The notes under the pieces: generated by a model
Databases searched by the model: none
Seen by the model: the letters and a program-made list of their open reading frames with translations, nothing else
What the model was told of the DNA's origin: nothing
NCBI GenBank assembly: GCA_965224245.1
Contig: OZ245046.1
Span: 6,387,235 to 6,451,234, forward strand
Reading direction: 5' to 3'
Length of the DNA: 64,000 nucleotides
DNA from: Candidatus Eiseniibacteriota bacterium
GTDB lineage: Bacteria; Eisenbacteria; RBG-16-71-46; CAZAMP01
Position numbers and translations under genes: made by a program
Shown here: positions 60,622-64,000 of the stretch, piece after piece
Layout of the letters: every line of letters begins with the position of its first letter
Numbering within the stretch: the stretch's first letter is position 1

Positions 60622-61077
60622 ATGCTGACCAGGACAGACATCCGTACATGGGGCATGGCGATGTTGCTCACCGGCGTGATCGCCATGCCCGCCGCATCCG
60701 ACCCCTTGCTCGGCATCCGCGGCGGCGTGAACCTCGACCATGACGATCCGGTGCTCGGCGGTGAGCTGCTTGCCGCAATGGGTGGTGGGTGGTGGTCGAA
60801 CCCCAACGTGGAATACACCCTCGGCGCCGATGTGCTGGGCTTGAACGCCGACTTCCACTATGACTTCGCGACGAGCACTCGAACGTCGGTGTGGGCGGGG
60901 CCCGGACTCGCGGTGCTCATGGCCGATAGTCCCGGAGGTGACGATGCCGATGTCGGCATCAATGGCGTCTTCGGTGTGGCGTGGGCCACGCGGAGTGGTG
61001 CATACCCTTATCTTCAGACGAAAGTGACCTTCGCCGATTCGAACATGGCGCTCGTCACCGCAGGCGTCCGGTTCTAG
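60622..61077 (+). CDS. Small outer-membrane beta-barrel protein
   Basis: GAGGAGG RBS, signal peptide, NPNVEY, LNADFHYDF, WAGPGL, C-terminal GVRF. Confidence 0.82.
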   Translation: MLTRTDIRTWGMAMLLTGVIAMPAASDPLLGIRGGVNLDHDDPVLGGELLAAMGGGWWSNPNVEYTLGADVLGLNADFHYDFATSTRTSVWAGPGLAVLMADSPGGDDADVGINGVFGVAWATRSGAYPYLQTKVTFADSNMALVTAGVRF

Positions 61078-61269
61078 CGAGCCCCGGACACCAAGGCACC
61101 GGACCGGCCAAGCGGGCGGACGAACGCCGGCTTTCCTGCCCAGCTCAATCATGCGAGACTGCCACGGGTACGGGGTCGGGGCAGTGACCCGACCCCACGA
61201 GGTCCCATCCGGTCCAGGTGTCGGTGGGGAGTGCGTCCAGCACGTGCTGCGAACGGCGAGAGGGACAGC

Positions 61270-61719
61270 ATGCTAGAGATCAGCTTCTCGCAGGTTCTCT
61301 CGCACCTGGTCCGTCTCCTCGTGGCGTACGGTCTCGCGTACCCGATTGGTTGGGATCGAGAAGCGGCCGCACGCAGCGCCGGCCTCCGCACGTTTCCGCT
61401 CGTCGCGATCGGTTGCTGTGCATACATGCTGATCGCACGGGACGTACTACCGGATCCCGAGTCTCACGCCCGGGTCATGTACGGACTCATCACCGGGATC
61501 GGTTTCATTGGCGGAGGTGCCATTCTCAAACATCGTGGCAGCGTGACCGGCACCGCCACCGCCGCGAGTATCTGGAACACGGGCGCGATCGGGATTGCCG
61601 TCGCCTTCAGTCGGATCGAGATCGCGCTGGTCCTCGCGATAACCAGCTTCGTCACGCTCCGCTTCATCCGACGGTTCAAGTCAGGCGCGAGCTCGACGAT
61701 GGCTAGTGGCCGAGAATAG
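61270..61719 (+). CDS. MgtC/SapB family membrane protein
   Basis: IGWDRE...AGLRTF.LV..G, GIGFIGGG.I, TA.AA.IW..GAIG. Confidence 0.92.
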   Translation: MLEISFSQVLSHLVRLLVAYGLAYPIGWDREAAARSAGLRTFPLVAIGCCAYMLIARDVLPDPESHARVMYGLITGIGFIGGGAILKHRGSVTGTATAASIWNTGAIGIAVAFSRIEIALVLAITSFVTLRFIRRFKSGASSTMASGRE

Positions 61720-61903
61720 GAATGCGTTTCCGGAATGTCAGCCTACGAAGCCCATGCTGGGCTTTGAGTTTTGGGCATGCAGGGGCTGCCACCTGGTGAT
61801 CCACGGGCTCCCGAGTGTAAGATGACATGGTGAGTTGAGGGCCTCCGAGCTTCCTCGCGCCCCCAGATCGTCGAGATCGAGCCCATGCGATGGAGGTTCC
61901 ACG

Positions 61904-63631
61904 TTGAACCGCCTCGCCGCCCTCTCCGTCGTCGTCGCGCCGCTCGCGGTGGCAATCGTCGAACCCGTGTGCGCCGAGGTCGGCTCCTTCGAGCCCATGA
62001 CCAGCCTGGAGGGGACTGTCCGCGATTCCAGCGGCCCGGTGTCCGGAGCCATCGTGTGTGTGCAGGCCACGACCCGGAGAGCGGTCTCGAACGAGCACGG
62101 CTGGTTCGCGCTGCATGATCTGGAGCCGAGCCGACCGATCACGCTCACGGCCTGGGCCCCCGGATACTACATCGGCGGGGGCACCGACCACGTTGCGGGA
62201 GTCGACCCCGTCGAACTGACCCTCACGCCACATCCCGCCGAGGACAATCCGGACTACCGGTGGATCGGTGCGTTCTCCAGAGACGGTGATGAGGAGAGCT
62301 GCGAGAACTGTCATGCGCGGGCGGACGCCCGCGATCCCCCGCTTCTCTTCGATCAGTGGACGCACGACGCCCACGCGAATGCGGCCCGGAACATCCGGTT
62401 CCTGACGATGTACGCGGGAACCGACGTCCACGGAAACAAGAGCCCTGACACACGGCACGGAGCGATGCGTGACTACGGGACGTTTCCCCTCCCCGTCGAC
62501 AGCCGTGTGGCGTACTTCGGTCCCGGATACAAGCTCGACTTCCCGGCCACGTCCGGCAACTGCGCGAGCTGTCACGCACCGGTCGCTGCGGCGGACGCCC
62601 CATACGGAACGGACCCGACGACGCTCGAGGGGCTAGAGGCCGAGGGCGTCAGCTGTGACTTCTGCCACAAGGTGTGGGACGTCCGGTTGGACCCGGACAC
62701 CAGACGACCGTATCCGAACATGCCAGGAGTCCTCTCCTACGAGTTCCGCCGTCCGCCGGACGGTCATCAGCTCTTCGTCGGTCCCCTCGACGACGTAGCA
62801 CCCGGAGAGGACGTGTATCGGCCGCTTCAGAGGGAGAGCCGCTACTGTGCGCCGTGCCACGCCGGCAGCTTCTGGGGCACGCCGATCTACGACTCCTTTG
62901 GCGAGTGGCTCGAGAGTCCGTACAGTCATCCCGACTCGGGTCGAACCTGCCAGGACTGCCACATGCCGCGAGGATGGGGCGACCACTTCGCGAGGCTCGA
63001 CAAGGGCGGTCGGCGTCGAGATCCCGCCACCCTGTCCGGTCACCGCATGCTCGGTGCCGGTGATGAGGCTTTCCTGCGCGGTGCGGTCACCTTGACCTCC
63101 GTGGTCGAGATCCAGGGCCCCAGACTCTCCGTGGAAGTCGAGATCATCAACGACGGAGCCGGCCACCATGTGCCGACGGACTCGCCGCTGCGTCACATGA
63201 TTCTCATCGTGAGCGCCACCGACTCCGACGGCGGTCCTTTGGATCAGCTCGACGGCCCGACGATACCCGACTGGTGCGGCGTGGGAGACCCCGACGAGGG
63301 CTACTATGCCGGCCTTCCAGGTACGGCCTACGCGAAGATCCTCCGGGACTCGTGGACTGGAAGCTCTCCGACAGGCGCATACTGGAACCGGACGCACATC
63401 GTCCGTGACGATCGCATCCCGGCCCTGGGACGCGATGTGACCCGGTTTGACTTCGACGCCCAGGGCGCCGAAACCGCCGTCGTCGTGTCCGTACGACTCG
63501 TCTACCGTCGCGCATTCATAGAGCTCGTGGATTGGAAGAGCTGGGACGTTCCGGACGTGGTGATGGCCCGTCGGGTGCTGTCCATCAAAGAGGGGGATCG
63601 GGACGGCCGGTACGACATGATCCGGTCTTGA
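61904..63631 (+). CDS. Exported pentaheme cytochrome c with an N-terminal carboxypeptidase-regulatory-like domain
   Basis: GGAGG then TTG 61904, signal peptide, GTVRD..GPV.GA.V, five CxxCH (CENCH, CASCH, CDFCH, CAPCH, CQDCH), GAGHHVPT. Confidence 0.9.
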   Translation: MNRLAALSVVVAPLAVAIVEPVCAEVGSFEPMTSLEGTVRDSSGPVSGAIVCVQATTRRAVSNEHGWFALHDLEPSRPITLTAWAPGYYIGGGTDHVAGVDPVELTLTPHPAEDNPDYRWIGAFSRDGDEESCENCHARADARDPPLLFDQWTHDAHANAARNIRFLTMYAGTDVHGNKSPDTRHGAMRDYGTFPLPVDSRVAYFGPGYKLDFPATSGNCASCHAPVAAADAPYGTDPTTLEGLEAEGVSCDFCHKVWDVRLDPDTRRPYPNMPGVLSYEFRRPPDGHQLFVGPLDDVAPGEDVYRPLQRESRYCAPCHAGSFWGTPIYDSFGEWLESPYSHPDSGRTCQDCHMPRGWGDHFARLDKGGRRRDPATLSGHRMLGAGDEAFLRGAVTLTSVVEIQGPRLSVEVEIINDGAGHHVPTDSPLRHMILIVSATDSDGGPLDQLDGPTIPDWCGVGDPDEGYYAGLPGTAYAKILRDSWTGSSPTGAYWNRTHIVRDDRIPALGRDVTRFDFDAQGAETAVVVSVRLVYRRAFIELVDWKSWDVPDVVMARRVLSIKEGDRDGRYDMIRS

Positions 63632-63647
63632 TCGAGGAGGGCGCGAG

Positions 63648-64000
63648 ATGAACCGTCTGTTTGCGGGCAGCGCGACCACACTGTATGCATCGCTTCTCGT
63701 GTCGTCGAGCTTCCGGCTCGCAGGAGCTCAACCGGACGATCCCGCCTACCTGCTGGAGCCGTGGGTCCGACTCGGGGGTCCCCCCGGCGGTATCGGGTAC
63801 GACATCCGCATGCAGCCAGACGGGCCGGACACGATGTACGTCACGGACAGCGGCGCCGGCATTTTCCGGAGCACCGATGGGGGGCAGAGCTGGGAGCCGA
63901 TCAACGAAGGCATCGAATCGACCCCGGACACGGGGATACTCGTCTTCTGTGCGACGATCGATCCACACGATCCGAACACGGTCTGGATCGGCACTCAGTT
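63648..64000 (+). CDS. BNR/Asp-box (sortilin/Ycf48-like) beta-propeller protein, 5' part only; runs off the window
   Basis: GAGGAGG RBS. Translates MNRLFAGSATTLYASLLV...WVRLGGPPGGIGYDI...GIFRSTDGGQSWEPINEG...IDPHDPNTVWIGT. Absent from the ORF track because it has no stop in the window. Confidence 0.85.
   Translation, partial: MNRLFAGSATTLYASLLVSSSFRLAGAQPDDPAYLLEPWVRLGGPPGGIGYDIRMQPDGPDTMYVTDSGAGIFRSTDGGQSWEPINEGIESTPDTGILVFCATIDPHDPNTVWIGTQ

Noticed and set aside
1-64000. Many long Arg/Pro-rich overlapping and antisense ORFs, e.g. 782..1741, 30268..31932, 37754..39187, 49512..50669, 55996..58377
   Set aside because: Shadow frames of high-GC genes, with no motifs, RBS or signal peptides.
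1-64000. CRISPR array, tRNA, rRNA, IS or integrase
   Set aside because: No repeat-spacer array, recognisable structural RNA or transposase/recombinase motif seen. All evident repeats are in-frame protein repeats.

Overview
High-GC bacterial window with about 39 protein-coding genes. I found no rRNA, tRNA, CRISPR array or mobile element. It is essentially a secretome region. Sixteen genes encode proteins with a signal peptide and a C-terminal FlgD-Ig / T9SS type-A-like sorting domain (PNP(F)...(I/V)(Y/F/H)D..GR.V..L...W...G.Y). Their cargo includes LVIVD, FG-GAP and PQQ-like beta-propellers, S8 and M28 peptidases, a diheme cytochrome and a beta-helix protein with internal tandem repeats. Lipoproteins, two small outer-membrane barrels and a few cytoplasmic enzymes fill the rest. 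This pattern suggests an FCB-related lineage such as Eisenbacteria, Krumholzibacteriota or Latescibacterota (inference only). The strongest signal is a lipoprotein gene (52749-53771) that the ORF track splits in two at an in-frame TGA. The TGA is followed at once by a bacterial SECIS-like hairpin with a GGUCA loop, making it a candidate exported selenoprotein with no CxxU motif. Other notable items: an ArsR-type wHTH fused to an M29 aminopeptidase fold lacking its metal ligands; a short (S/T)W(G/T)xLKxxY C-terminal tag on two unrelated secreted proteins; a Glu-His-Ser subtilase; a fibre-protein/small-CTD gene pair; two distant paralogues sharing an unnamed domain; sigma54-like promoters; and a frameshifted glycine-zipper lipoprotein. 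Start codons were picked by eye from RBS and signal-peptide context, and all family calls are motif recognition, not database searches.
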